From Antedon mediterranea (lineage: Eukaryota; Animalia; Echinodermata): 64,000 bases of DNA. The notes under the pieces are model-generated. The model was not told the DNA's origin. It did not search any database and was given only the letters and a program-made list of their open reading frames with translations. The position numbers and the translations under genes are program-made. Shown in pieces: positions 1 through 15,000 of this stretch; position 1 is the first letter of the stretch; every line of letters begins with the position of its first letter. The stretch spans positions 8,330,101 through 8,394,100 of the forward strand of contig NC_092677.1 of NCBI RefSeq assembly GCF_964355755.1. The letters run 5' to 3'.

Positions 1-3000
1 ACTTGACAGCCAAGTTGACTCTGATGCTGTCAATGTTATTGTGGATGAAGGTAAAGAGTACATTAAAGATGCTGACAACTCAAAACAGGTAATCCTTACA
101 TTTTCTACTGCAGTACTGACATTTTGTTTATACATAATGCATCATAAGTTTTGATTGATGGAAGTTTATACATAGTGTGTATGATTACTCAAAAATAAAA
201 TAAATAAATAATTGCATAAGCAGGTTAAAGAGTAAACAAATCAAGTTCAAGTTCAACGTAAACATTTATTTTTTTTCTTTCATCTTTCATAAACAATTAC
301 AAAATTTAAATTAATAAGGTACTACCTAAACAAGGTAGGTAGTATTGAAATTGAAATATATATATATATATTAAAAAAAACATATTTACTACTTCCTAAG
401 ATACTATAAAAGATGAAAATCTAGTGGAAACAGTAATGTGCATTTTAATCTAATTGAATGCTGATACAAGTGTCCATCTATAGCTATAGGTCCCATGATA
501 ATAACGCTTTTTTGTATTACATATTTTGTTTCGTGTCAACATTATTATGAATTACTCTGCTTGTAGCAAAATTATGGCATCCAATTACGGTATACAGAAA
601 ATGCAGTTATTTTTTTTTCAATATTCATTACTGAAAATGTACAATACATCACTATAAAAAATTAGTTTTATGTCATTGAAAAGTGGTCTTTTATTTTTAA
701 ATTACAATGAGTTTTAAAATGTTATTTTTTTAATGCAGTTGCTTGCACGAATGCAAGATGTCGCTTTGTTATCAAGTTTAGAAGTTGTTGAAGAAAAGTT
801 ACAATCAATGGCCTCTGATGTACAAGAAACAGTACAAAGTAGACTCAAGGTAGGCTAACTGATTTTTTTTTCTTATTTCTTTATTCATTTAAACACCAAT
901 AATTTACAACCACAGAATACTTTTTAGGCCACCTGGTGATATACTGATTAATGTAAGATCAAAGGAGAATTGAAGCTTTTTGAGATGCTGGAGAAAGCTT
1001 CTAGGTATACCATGGACAACCAGAAGAACCAACCAAAGTGTTAGGCATGAAATAGGCAAAAAAGACGGTACTTACTCTCATCGGTTATCAAACAAAACTG
1101 CAATACATTCATTCATTCATCTTTTATTTTGGAAAAAAAAATTAATTCTCGATAACTCAAGAACAAAGGAAACAAAAATATATAAATATAAATATATTTA
1201 AAAAAAACCTACGCCACATAGTCAGGTGGTTACAACAATAGCTTCATCCATCTACCATGTAGATTGGATGAAGGAAGAGCAAATTCATGAATACATTTTG
1301 TGACAATATTGTCTGACCTCTCCAACCAGACGGGATAGGAATAGTCTTGGAGAAAATTATTATGTTTGGAAAGTTGAGTGGAGAAGAAAGAGAGGAAGAC
1401 AAAAAGTCAGATGAATAGAGAGAATATATGATACAGCAAAACTCCCAATTAGCAGTTAATACAATAAAGCACAAGATCGGCATAATATGGAGAGATTTCA
1501 TCAGAATGGTCACAAGTACTCGGATATGAGTAGAACGACGATAGAGAGAGAGCGATATACTGAGTATAATACCCCTTTCACACCAAAACTCTGCAGTGAT
1601 CTCCGGAGACAGCCTAGGAGTGATCATTCAAAACTTCGAGAAACTCTGGGGATAAGGCTGACACCCACCTTGCAAAACCAGGTTTTAACTATTTAATCAT
1701 AAATACCGCCCTCTGTTTTGTTTGTTTACATAGCGACGATTAATAAATAAATTTTCAGAAGTCTCAGAAGTCATATAATGTTTTATTTATACTATTACTA
1801 CAGTTTTATTTTACCTTTCACAGTGTTCCCAGAGTTTTACTTTTGGTGTGAAAGGGGTGTTAATTAATTAATTAATTTGAAACTATAAATGTGAAGATAT
1901 CTATAAAAATGAGAAAAAGTTGCTCCAACCAAGATTAAAACTCGGAACCTTTTGCTTGATATGCAGATGTCCTAAATTAAACAATTTATTCACTAAATCT
2001 GTAGGTTATATTAATAGTTATGGGCGGCCATTGTCTAAAAAGGTTCACATGAGTGTTTTGCTACGCTGACCTTGAAGAAACCTAATAAAATTCATAATCA
2101 GATCTAAAATAAGATTCATAATGTAAGAATACAAAAATTAAAATGCTCAATTAGTTATGCATTCGCCATTACTCCTACTGAAGGTCCTAGTCATAAAATC
2201 AGTTGTGGAACAGTTCCTCAAATGAAGAATAGAAACTTTTAGTCTGAAGTACAACCACCTCTTATTTATAATATGTACATTAAAAATAAAAGCACATGAT
2301 GCAACAAGGTTATTGATCTTTAAATTAAAAACTGAAACTATATGCTAATGATCTATTGCCTACTCTTGTTTTACAATTGTTTCGTTTAAAACTACAAAAA
2401 AAAAAGAAGAGAGACTGTATGATTGATATTTATAAGGTGGGGAAAAAAGATGCCAGTATATAAACAATTTAAATACTCATATAAATTCCACAGAATTTCA
2501 AGGAATCTCCAAAATCTAGGAAGAATATATTTTCCCATTTCTATCCTGGCATTAATAGTGGAATATCAGTTTTGTTTTCTCTCTCATATTTGAATGATAC
2601 TTATAGAATTGTTAAGTACAAATAAATACTTCCTCATCTGATGTTTTATTTCCTTATAGACTGCTAATGATACAATTGGTTTTCTTAAATTAAATACTTT
2701 TTGTTTGGTAGAATGTATATTAAAAACACTAACCATATACGGAAATTAAAATAAAATGGTAGTTTAATGTCTAGGATGAGGGTCTTTACTATTGCTACTA
2801 CTTTGCTATTGAGATTTATAGTGTAAAAGTTCGGTTGCCATACACAAAATGCCTAATAACTGCGATCAGAACATTTTGATACAAAATTATGCAGTCCTTT
2901 CATATTTTTTTTTACTGAATGATCATTTATTACATATAGACATAATAAATAACAAGTGAATAAAAATAGCAAGTTTTAACAAAGTGTATTCAGCTCTAAC

Positions 3001-6000
3001 ATTTGATTTAGCCTCATGTCCTCATTACTATTTAGTTTTAGAGCTCAATGAGATATGATAAATATTATGAAATTATCAGCTTACCACTCAATTAAGCTGA
3101 AGCATATCATTTCATATTTATTATCATATTTCATGCCATCTAGGTTCAGCTAATTGTGAAATGACAGGGTAATAATAATGTTTACTTTGACCTTTGGAAT
3201 GTATACATATCCCTTGTCCTGTTCACATACTTAAAGCATATGTTTGTGGAGAGGTGCTTTTAGACTGTTTTATATGTAAAATCAAAGGAAAATGTTTGTT
3301 GATCCCGTGAAAGGTGAGGAAGAGTAAAATTTGGAATAAAAGCATTATCTATGCCTGTATCTGTGTAGAAATGATAGTATTATATTAAACCATAGATTTG
3401 TAGTGTTTTAGTATGTTTTTGAACATTATAAACTAAGCCTAAGGGAGTAGAACCCGTACTTTGGAACATCTATATACAGGACACTCTTTCTACTGTATTT
3501 TATAAAATATTATTATTATTAAAATGTATTTGTTATTATGTATTTTTTTAATTGTATGTTGAGAATGATAGTTTAACACTTGATTGTTGATTAATAAAAT
3601 AAAAGTTTTACTTATTCATAGCATCAATTTTAATTTTATTAACATTTATAGGAAACTTTGAACAGTATGTTAGACTGTGCAGAAGATCAGTGCACGACAG
3701 TGATGAACAAATCAGACATTAAGAGTGAGTTGTTACAAGCTGCAGAAGATCGAGCTGTTCTACCAGATAGGTTTATGAAAGACGTTTTGGACCAAGTTAC
3801 AGCAGACATCAGCAATAAAATAAGGTGACATTTCTTTTGTGGGTCATCCCACTTTTATTTAATCATAAATTAAATATACATATATAATACATTCAGCAGG
3901 TAGAAGTAAATAAAAAAAGGAATTTTTTCAGATCATCCCGATATACATACATAGAACTGGATAAAAATAAAAGATGAACCAATGGCGACTAGTTTGTCAT
4001 CATCTTAATGATGATTGGTGGTTGTCTTGGAGCTCACTTTTAAATCTAGCCAATGGTTTTGAGGTTTAATTGCTGTTGGACAAAAACCAATACAAAGACT
4101 TTGTGTATGAAACAGATTGAGAGAAGGACATCAATTAAATTGTTCAGTCTTTGGTAGTGAACCTAAATTTTGAAAAAAAATAAGATTTAGAGAATATTTA
4201 CTAGAAATATAGATGATCTTGGGATTCACAAATATGATATTGTTCATGTACCAGTGACTTGTGGAATAAAATGTGATATTCTATGAAGTCTCTATTTGTG
4301 CAGTATCTCACAAAAAATGTATTACCATACAAATTAAAATGGGTTTTTTTTTTGTTCTTTACAGTGAGGTCCATTTAGCAATGGCTTCCCAAATTTCAGA
4401 CACTGTTGTTGGGGATATTTTGGCAAATTTGGAGGATTGTTACAAGAAATTAGTAAGTATTTCTTTTATAGACTCAACAATACAAGTTACTCTTTATGGA
4501 TGTTAAAATTATTCTAATGCATTAGTTACTATATTAACTACCTTTTTTACTGCAATAATGTACATTGTTAGTTTTCTTCAATGTCAGACCTCCCAAATCT
4601 CCCGATAACGATGGCAGCTGTCTCCTGATATCTTGAATCATCTCTCGCTCTCCTGCTAAAATGCAATTTCTCAACAAATCTCCTCATATGTTACATTTAT
4701 AATTTCTCCAGATAATTAGAGAATAGAAAAAAACCAAAATACACTTATCGGCCCGTAGAATGTTTACAATCCATTATGCATATTTATGCCAATATTTTTA
4801 GGTTTATCATAGTGCCCTCTATTGTTTGATGTAGTATTATAGGGCCCTCTATTGTTTCATAAAACCTCCCGATATTTTATTTTTCCAAGTTGGGAGGTCT
4901 GCAATATACTAGTTTATTGAGAGCGTATGATACTCAACATAAAAGTTGACATAATTGTATAGGTTAAAGATTAAACACAATGTAGTTACTGCAGTACAAT
5001 AATTTAAACCTTTAAGCCAATGTGAATATTAATTATTAACACTACTTCCCTATTCAAGTTCTGTGTAATTATAATTTTTATAGAAAGTTATCTGTTATTG
5101 TCTGTGCTTACAATTACATTTTTAATTTAGGTTGTTGAAAGTGTCACTTATAATTATATATATATATAAGAGTTCTTAGTTTCTGTTATGTAATTTCTGT
5201 TTTATTAATAGTATATATCCAATAACATTACCATAGATGTAGTACTTACAGTACAATATTATAAACTAAAATAGTTAAAACAATTACAATGAAAACATAG
5301 TGTTTACAGTATATAATTTGATTATCGATCCACCAAGATACAATGCCACTTTAAATGATGTATTGTCCCCCTGAAAAAATATTTTTTTTAATTTTTGTTG
5401 TTGAATATGCCATTTCAATGGCACATAATAATTATCCACTTTGACTAAAAATTGGATCGAAAAAAAATGTATTTACCTAAAAAAACTGTAATTTAAAGCA
5501 AAAAAATGGTCAAATTGGCTGCCAACCAATGTGTTTTGATTGAATTTAACCATTTATTTTTGTCATTTTATAAGTGAAAACATATTTTTTTTCGTTTTTT
5601 TTTCTACGCAAGTGATTAACTTTATTAAAACTACAAAATGACATATTCAAAGTCTGATTTAATTAATCTTCATTTTTCATGTTTTTGGGGGGCAATACAT
5701 CTTTAATTATTAGAAGGACAAATCTTAAAATAAAGGTGGTATAAATATTTATAAAATTATAAACTTCCCACAATAATTTTGAATAAGGAACTTCTATTAA
5801 AGCTCTGGAAAATGGATTGAAAATAATATAGTGTACTGTTATGCACTGTTTAAATATAGCAGCAGGATTTGATTAGTAATGAAGCTTTGTACTACCAAAT
5901 GAATGAATATATATATATATATATATAAATCAATGATGTTGCGTAGCACTGTGTAAATTATATATAAATCATACTGTAAATTATAGAAACAGTGCTCATA

Positions 6001-9000
6001 TTCGGAACATGATCTCATAATCGCGTCGAGCATAGCTCATTGGCGAAAGTTCCGTATTTTTTAGTTGTATGAAAAAATGTCTCTGGCGGGATTCGAACCT
6101 GCAACCTCTCGCTTACAGGGCGAGTATCATACCACTAGACCACAGAGACATGTATGGTATCACAGATTTCACCCACCAGATACATTCTCTCATACAACAA
6201 ACGCCCTCACAATCAGTGGAGGCTTAACAAGTCAGAATAAATTCCAACTTTAATTCGCAACGGTTTTTAAAATAATATTGTGTATATGTAAATCAATGAT
6301 GTTGCGTAGCACTGTGTAAATTATATATAAATCATATAAAAAACCGTTGCGAATTAAAGTTGGAATTTATTCTGACTTGTTAAGCCTCCACTGATTGTGA
6401 GGGCGTTTGCTGTATGAGAGAATGTATCTGGTGGGTGAAAATCTGTGATAATATTTTTTCATACAACTAAAAAATACGGAACTTTCGCCAATGAGCTATG
6501 CTCGATGCGATTATGAGATCATGTTCCGAATACGGAACTTTCGCCAATGAGCTATGCTCGACTCGATTATGAGATCATGTATGTATGATTTATATATATA
6601 TATAAGTGCGTGCAATTGCCGCAACAAACCCAAATGCCCCCTAAATGGTTCATGCCTCGCATCTGAAATTGTCTACTCCGCCGACGTCATGACCAATAAC
6701 GAAACTAAGACATATATTGGTATGACGGGTGGGCAGTTTAAAACTAGGTTTAGCAATCACAAGAAATCTTTCAAAAAAGAAACGTACAGTAAAGAATCCG
6801 AGCTCTCAAAGTACGTATGGTCTTTGAAAAGTAATGACGTAATGTTTACAATTAAATGGAAAGTAATTAAATATTCCTCCACTAAGAGCGCCGCTTATGG
6901 GCGTTGTAGTCTTTGTTTAGATGAAAAGCTATGTATTCTAAATGCAAACAAAACAAATCTATTAAACAAAAGGTCTGAACTGATTTTAAAATGTCGTCAT
7001 AACAAGAAAATTTACATACCACCTGACTAAAGCCTTATAACACCTCGAGATACGGTATTGTTCAGTTCTGAAGATCGTTTAACGTGAAACACCGTGTAAT
7101 AGACGCCCGTGTTCTATCTAATTCATAAATATATATTCGCTCTTGATTTCAATTGAGCACTTTTGCTGCCTCAACGCATCTATAAATATATATATAAATC
7201 CAAAGGCAAATTACTGAAAAAAATGACAATGCTGTGGGTATCAGTGGCTGGATCTCAATGGAGATACAAAAATAAAAAGCGAAAAGCTAAATCAAAACGA
7301 TAAAGTAAACAGCCAGAAAAGTTAGCAGAGCTTTCGGGCAACACTAGCCCTTCATCAGTGCAAGTGAAGGAATTTAGATAACGTCAGAGTATAAAGCTGG
7401 CAAGTGCTGCCTGGGTATATATACTGTATACTGTATACTGTACTACCAACTTTTTATTAGGATAGTACTCTATTGTTGTAATTCATTATTTTTGTTTCTT
7501 TTCAAGACAAAATGCACAAAAATGTCAACCTATTTAAATTGTGCTTATTAAATGTATTACATTAAACATTTATAGACACTAATATACTAATTATTAAGAA
7601 TTATATTCTTCTTGTACATGCCAATGTTTTTTTTCTTAAACTTTGACCTGAGAGAGTTGAATGAATACATAAATAGAGGTACAGCGTGGCTATACACGAA
7701 AATAATGGCAGAAAAAACATCTGGTATAAAAGTAAATACTGTCACATTAAAAAACGGTGTGGAATTTTTTTCTTTCCTGCAAGTGTAATCATACAATGAT
7801 TGTTCTGTGTACTTTGATACAAAATGATTAGTTTCAGTTTTTGTTTACAATATGTATAAGGAAGTAAATGAGATAATTAATGCTGTACATTCATTACCTT
7901 CAGTCCCACATTATTTTGACATTGGATATACTATGATCAACATATACTGTATATTCTAACAATTTGTTTACCAAAATGAAGAGAATTCGACGAGTAGCCG
8001 GTACCAACATGAGGACATTATTTTCCAGAACGAGGCGTGTTCTTGGACATATTTCAGGCTTAGCACTTCCGTGGAACGAAGTATGGAGTGTTATTTATCG
8101 GATGATCATTAGGATCTTTAGGCTTGCCACCGGAACACAGGTGGACTTTTTTTTTCTCTCAAATATTTGAGATTGTGAACTTAGATCCCTATTTAATTGT
8201 TTCTTTTTCATTATTTGATTCATTTTGTTTCTTCCTTATAATATTACAAATGCTTATAATTGTACTTAAGTTAAAATCTAGTTAGTCTAGATGACGTCCT
8301 GTATACAGTAGAACCCATATTAGGAAAGACCTTAACAACCTCTTAATAGTGGTGGCCCCCGAATAGTAATTAACTGTATGTTAAAACATTCTTTTGCCAC
8401 ACATTCATTTCATGGTGTATCTTCTTGATAACCCCTGAATATAGGTGTCCCAAAGGAGGCATTTTATTGTATACTGTAGTATGAACACCAGTTATAATGC
8501 TGTAAGATATTCTACTCTCAACAGCAAGAAATTTGATTAATCTATAAATGACTAGACTACAGAAATGCACACGACTGTTTTCTATTATATATAGGAAATC
8601 GTGGCTGTTTTTTAATCTGGAATGTTGTGTTCATGATCTAAATGAGGAAGTATAGTACAAAAACCATTGTTCTATTCTTTTCTGCTTGTGTTTAATATTC
8701 TAAATTATTGAAGTATGTTCTGTTTCTGGATAGCCCCTGTTTTTGCTTTTTAAGTTTCCACCCCTTTTAATAATATTTCATTTCATAAAAATGTTACCAA
8801 AATATATTTTCACTAATAACTATAAGGCCACTCTGTCAAAAATTGCTTGTATCCTTAAGCTTGTCTACACTATCAAACTATTTAAAAAAAAGTGTGGTAA
8901 GGTAAAGATACTTTACTCTCATTACCTCATCCTTCAGATAGGATACAAAGCAAAGAAGAATAGACAATTTTTGTATCCAGGATTATCTCCAAGTTTGCAG

Positions 9001-12000
9001 ACCTAATTTGAACTGCTGTCGTTTCCACTTCAACTCAGGATGAATTTTAATAGATGAATTATCATATTAAAATTAATTTTCCTTTTTGTTTAGTCCGACC
9101 AGGTAGAGAAGGTACCCACCCTCAGAAAATCTCCAGTGTCACGTAATTCAACAGCTTCTGGTGGAAAGTTCATGGAAGATGATAATTATGATGTTACAAA
9201 AACTGATGAACAACCACCAGTGAAGACGACACAGGCTCCAGTTAAGGTAAGCAATTTTTTAATGAATTCTATTTCCTACAATTTGTGACCATTTGTAAAA
9301 AGCATATATATTACTTTAAAAACATTAAACCAGGTCATTCCTTGTCTGAAATGTATGTTTTATGGTAAATTATGATTAAAAGAGAGAAACAATGCACTAC
9401 CTAAATAGCTTGCGGTGAATTTCCTTTCGTAGACGGTCTTCAGGCCTAGCCTAGCTAGGCTTAGTTTTGTAGTCCTAGCTGGTAAACATCGGTAACATAC
9501 ATAGTGCATCATATGCTAGCTATATGCCTAGCCTGACGTTGTATAGTTGCTGCAATAATTGTCTTTCTGTTTTTGCCAGAATTTGTTGATACACAATTTG
9601 ATTTGGTCTCACGACAAGTGGCAGAAATTACATGAATACCTTGTTTCTACTATTATTTTTTAAGTTAATAATATATCTGTTAAGTTAAATTATAACTGCA
9701 TTCGTCAAGTTAATCCTTTTTGTTCACGTTCATATTGTTTTTTACCTGTTTCTTACCTTACATGTTTCTTACCTTACCTTACTTAAATATATTGCCTGGA
9801 CCCCATATTTTAAAGCTTAGCTTCCAGTGGGGTATCCCTTTTCTCATTTATTATCTATTATTTTAGAAAATGTTATCTGTACTTTTTGTTTTTATTTGAG
9901 AAATAAATTTATTATTTATATTGATAGATATTGATTTTGAATTACAGAAGAAAAACGAAAATATCAATCTTTACGCAATGCATGTTGAGATTTACAGTGG
10001 GACACTTAAATTATTAGAAAGGACTTATTTTTCATCTTAATAGGGCCATGAATTTATTTTTTAAATGTAGTTGTGACCTTAAATTAGATCTAAAAAAATG
10101 TAGGGAATGAGACTTTAACATGAAAATTAGTATATGGACATTTCAGTAGGTAATTTTTTTCATGTGTCATTAAGTAATCACAATTTAAAAATTTTTCTAC
10201 ATTACATTTAGTAAAAAGAAATTTTATTAAAAGTAATACAATTAAAAAAAAAATCCATAATTAAAAATAAGTTTTTTTCCATCAAATTGATTGTTGGAAA
10301 ACAGTAGGAAACCATTGTATGTAAATTTCTGTGTTTTGAAATTGTTTTTAAATGCTGGCTTCAAAATTAAACCAACTATGTTAATTAAAATAATATTATG
10401 ACCCAGATTACGAAATAGGCAGTTCATATGAATTTGCTAAATCCTAGAAAAGGATCAGTGATTCTGACGTAAATGCTAAACTCCATTTGTACACAAGTTA
10501 GTGTCAAGGTGAAAATGTAATCAAAGATATCCAGTGTTTTGTTGATTGTCAACAATAGGATGACAAAGGTACATTGTGAGAGATTTGTTTGTACCAAATG
10601 AAAACAAAGATCCTGCCTATATAGAGTGCGCATGATTTTTATTCATATGATCATGATTACAACGTAATATTAACTAGGTTAAAATGGTAGTAAGAGATTT
10701 GCTGTACCCCATGTGTCCCTCTGTGGCATTTTGTGTACCAAGTGAAAATAGAGATCCTGGCGATTATGTGGAGTGCACATGATTGTCATTCATATCACGA
10801 TTACAAAGTATAACAAATATAACTACGTTAAAATTCTAGTAGAAGATTTGCTGTAAATCATTTATTTCCAAATGTCTAATGGCTGAATGTTTAAGGACAT
10901 ATAACCCCATGTTTTGGAATCGCAATGCAAAAGATAGGATATTAGGTTAGGTTCAACACTTAATTTTACAATTATTAGACCCTTACCGCACCCTTTCACT
11001 CCCCTCCCCCTTATTTAAAAATTCACCATCCACCATTGGTTAAATCTACATAGCGCTGGTATTCCGATCTCAATGCCAGAAAGAGTGAGAGAAACTGTAC
11101 TGATACCTACAGTACTATACTACTAACAAATACTGATGCGATGTCCTGCAAATTATTTTATAATGTATTTCCTATATTGAATAAGTAATTATTATAATAT
11201 TTTAACTTTTATATTTTGCATATATATTTTAAATTTACATTTTTCCAAAAAAAGAAATGAATCAAGTACATAATTTTATTGTTGTAAAATCCATCTGTAA
11301 ATGTGATCAGTGTCTTGAGACAGACAATACGTCAACTTTCGATTCTACCATGATGTCTCGATTTACACACGTCATTTGTCATGCATTCTAAACGTTATTT
11401 TGTATCCGTAACGTCAGTCAACAATTGCATTCTTGTTTCTAAAAGGAGATGATGTATTTTTTAGACTGCAATAAGGAAACAATTGACTGCTAATATTAGA
11501 AGCTCAAAAAATGAAAATTGAAAATGAAACTGAAGTACCCATTTAATATAAGAACTGAACGTTTTAAAAATAGGCCTGAAATTGATAGAGTTATACTGTA
11601 TATTATTGACAGGACTTTAATTGTACAAACTGAATAAATTACTTACTTACAAGAAATAAAACAAACTTGTTTTTGTTACATTTTTTAGCCAGATGTCATT
11701 AACCACAATAGCATACCTGAGCAGCATTAGCAACCAAATTAAGTGGTTTAGTTATGTTGTGATTTTCACTTAATCTCTGGGATAAGAATGATAAGATCAT
11801 GTCTAAAAATAGATTTATTGTTTTAATTAGTTTATATTATATTTCATATTATATTTGTTATCATTTACCTTTAAGGATTATTTGACTGCAGTTACTGCAG
11901 TAATGCATGGTCTTGGCTTTGGTTTCAATGTACTAATCTGGACCAAGTACGACTACCACAAAATGTTAATGGTCGTATTCAGTATAACGACATTAAAAGA

Positions 12001-15000
12001 ATCAACATTGCATAATTATGATCATTATTCTAGTATTTTCTACGTCCCATAAGCCAAAAGCCCTGCATTGAAAAGTCATGTATTTTGCCTTCTATTTTCT
12101 GTGTACATAAACCTTTGGGGCACCCATATTAAGAAGACTTTCCCTATGAAATGTACAGAAATATATATATTTTAAACACTAAAGCCAACTGATATTCACT
12201 GTGTTGTATAATTGATATGGAGAATAACATTTATATTTATATATTGAAATTTATGTATTGCTTCATAAGGTAATGATACAGTACATTTAATTGAATATTT
12301 TCCCCTCCTTATTACAAAAAAACATCATTTGATTTTAATATTTGAATATACTGTAATATTATTTTAAAAATCCTTATTTCATTTTCCTTGTTTAAGATCC
12401 CACCACATTACTTGGTGTAATGTTCTATTTTAAGGCTATTGTTTTGCATCCTAATACTTGACATTGTGCTTTTTATTCAGTATTAGTTTAAAGTATTACA
12501 GCGGCCTGACCCAGATATTGACATCCTTAACCTTCATCCACCAATCAGATTGCATAGAAGGTTGATGTTCTGATTGGCTGGCAGAAAGCATATAAGGACA
12601 GAAATTTTAATACAAAATCATTACAGTAAACTTTAATAAAACACACAAGATAAAAGAGATATCTTTACTATCATATTTTCTTTTAGTAAAGTAGAGAAAT
12701 AATTTTTTCTTTTAGGAAGACAAGCCTCGCAGGACAAAAAGGAGTATTCGACCAAAGTCGCAGTTCATTCCACACGATAAACCAGGTAGTTGTTTTATCT
12801 GTTTAGCATTTTATTGTTTGTTTAAACATTTTTTTAAAATATAAAATGTGTTAATTTGCTTTATATCTTGTCTCAAAGCGCAGAAAATATTTTCCTTATA
12901 TTTCCAAAAACAAAGGATTTAATTTTAGGACTTTGTATAAGTTGTAGGTAAAATCTCTATATAAGAAAATTATAACATTAATTTGATATATTTCAGATAT
13001 GGGTGGTGTTGAACCAATTACAGAAGCAGAAATTGATATTCCACCATTGGTGCAATCGGTTATACCACCAAAACCAGCTACACAGATAAAAACTATAAAT
13101 GACATCGGAACTGGTGGAGAGATAACTCCGCTAGCATCAATAACAAAGGATAGACCAAGGAGGCCTAAGCGCACCAGACCAACTCGTCCCACGGTCCAAC
13201 CACCATCTGAACCCATCCAGGAAGACTCGCAAGCTTTTAAAATCCAAACTGTTGATGCGTTTTATACTCCAACCGTCGTACCGGAGGAACACCGCAATGA
13301 AGTGCCGAAGCAGAAGAAAGAAAGTAAAGAAGAAAAGGGTGAACATAAGAAGAAGCAAGAGTCTAAGCCGTATGTTGTATTCATTTTCATCTGTTTATAT
13401 TCAACCATTTTGAATTATGGGATAGGTGGGGTGGGATGTGGTTTTTGTGGTGTTTTGTCAACTTTATTAATTCATTTTAACTACATTATTAATAATCTAT
13501 AATAAAGTAGAACTTCCTTCGAGACAAAGAAAATATATATGTCCCCTGAATAGAGGTTGACCATTGCTCCTTTATTTCACATAAAGCCTTAATAGGCTTG
13601 TTACAATAGAGGGATTCTACTGTACCTAAACTATATTTATCTACCAGATTTTATCTAATTCTAAAATTTCATTTTTATTTTAGGAAAAAACCATTTTTCA
13701 ACATTTTTTCTCGAAAACGAGACAAAAGTCCAAATCCAAAGAAAAAAGAAGGTAAGGTACTATTTTTATTAATTTTAACATTTAATATATTGATAATGAA
13801 CAACTGTTATGTATTTATTCACAAGTTTCTGATAGAACTTTTGCCATTATTATACAATGCTTTTGAGTGGCCTTATTGAATAGACCGGTCCGTCTGTCAA
13901 TTCATGAAAATATTCTCTCTATTCCATAAATACGAACAGTTTGGTATTTGTTTGAAAACACTGCTCCAAAGTAAATACAGCAGCAAACATTGTAGTTTGA
14001 TTGATGAATCTGTGCATAATTGGCTCATAGTCATGACCCAATATCCAAATAACCAATCAATTTCGTGAGTGGAGTAGCCAAACCAGGTTCATCTCACCAA
14101 GCATCTTATCTTATATCATCAGTTTTGTATTTTTATACATTGTATTGAACAAATTCTAGTTAATTATAGTTAATGTTTGTTTCATTTGTGGTATTTTGTA
14201 TTGACTATTTTGCATGACATTGTATCTACAGAGAATGATGTAAATGAGATTGAATGGCAATATGATGTAACTAGTCTGGTTTCATTACCATTTAAACACG
14301 CTATTGTTTGCTAAAATAAATCATTCATTTGCTGCGAGTTTACATCGATTAAAAAAAAATATATGTAGAAAAAATACAAGTCTTCTGTAAATAAACTACA
14401 GTCTTCATGTAAGAAGGTGTCGAGAACAACACAACAACAACGTGGAAGATCTAATACTGTGTGGATATTTAGAGACACTTTTTGGTGGCAACAAGCATTT
14501 TTGACCAAACGAATATTCCAGTATGTGCTGCATGATGAACCTGAAATCTAAAGTTTTATTTGAAATTATAATATTGATGAAGTTTGGCACAATTGGAGAA
14601 GATGCTTCAAACCACATGAGGAACAGAGATTATTTCTGAAACCAAACCTGCTGTGATAGAAGGTTGATGACATAGAAAGCTTAACAATTACTTACAGTAT
14701 ATTTGTATATTTATGTACCAAAGGACCAACTGCTGTATACACCCGATGGTTGAAGATCTTTCAGAATTCAACAATGACTGTATTTCCAAAAAGTTTAACA
14801 ACATAGGATTTTAACTGCTTCCCTCATAGAGCGATGTCATAGAGAGATGTCAAAGTTCAAATGATGATTAACGTAAGATGGATCCATTTAGATATATTGG
14901 TAAACAAGTTGGCCTGTTTTCCTTGGAAGATTACATAGTTGCAAATTGGATATATACAACATTTTAAAACTAAAAAGCTGAAAATGAACAACATTACTCT

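Noticed and set aside
6078-6149. Functional tRNA-Thr(TGT) gene
   Set aside because: C instead of U33, a T-stem mismatch, a Pro-like body and location within repeat debris; reported as tRNA-like instead.
14300-14700. Possible nested gene or extra exon in the CARMIL intron
   Set aside because: Only short open frames, no recognisable motif and no phase-compatible splice pair found by eye.
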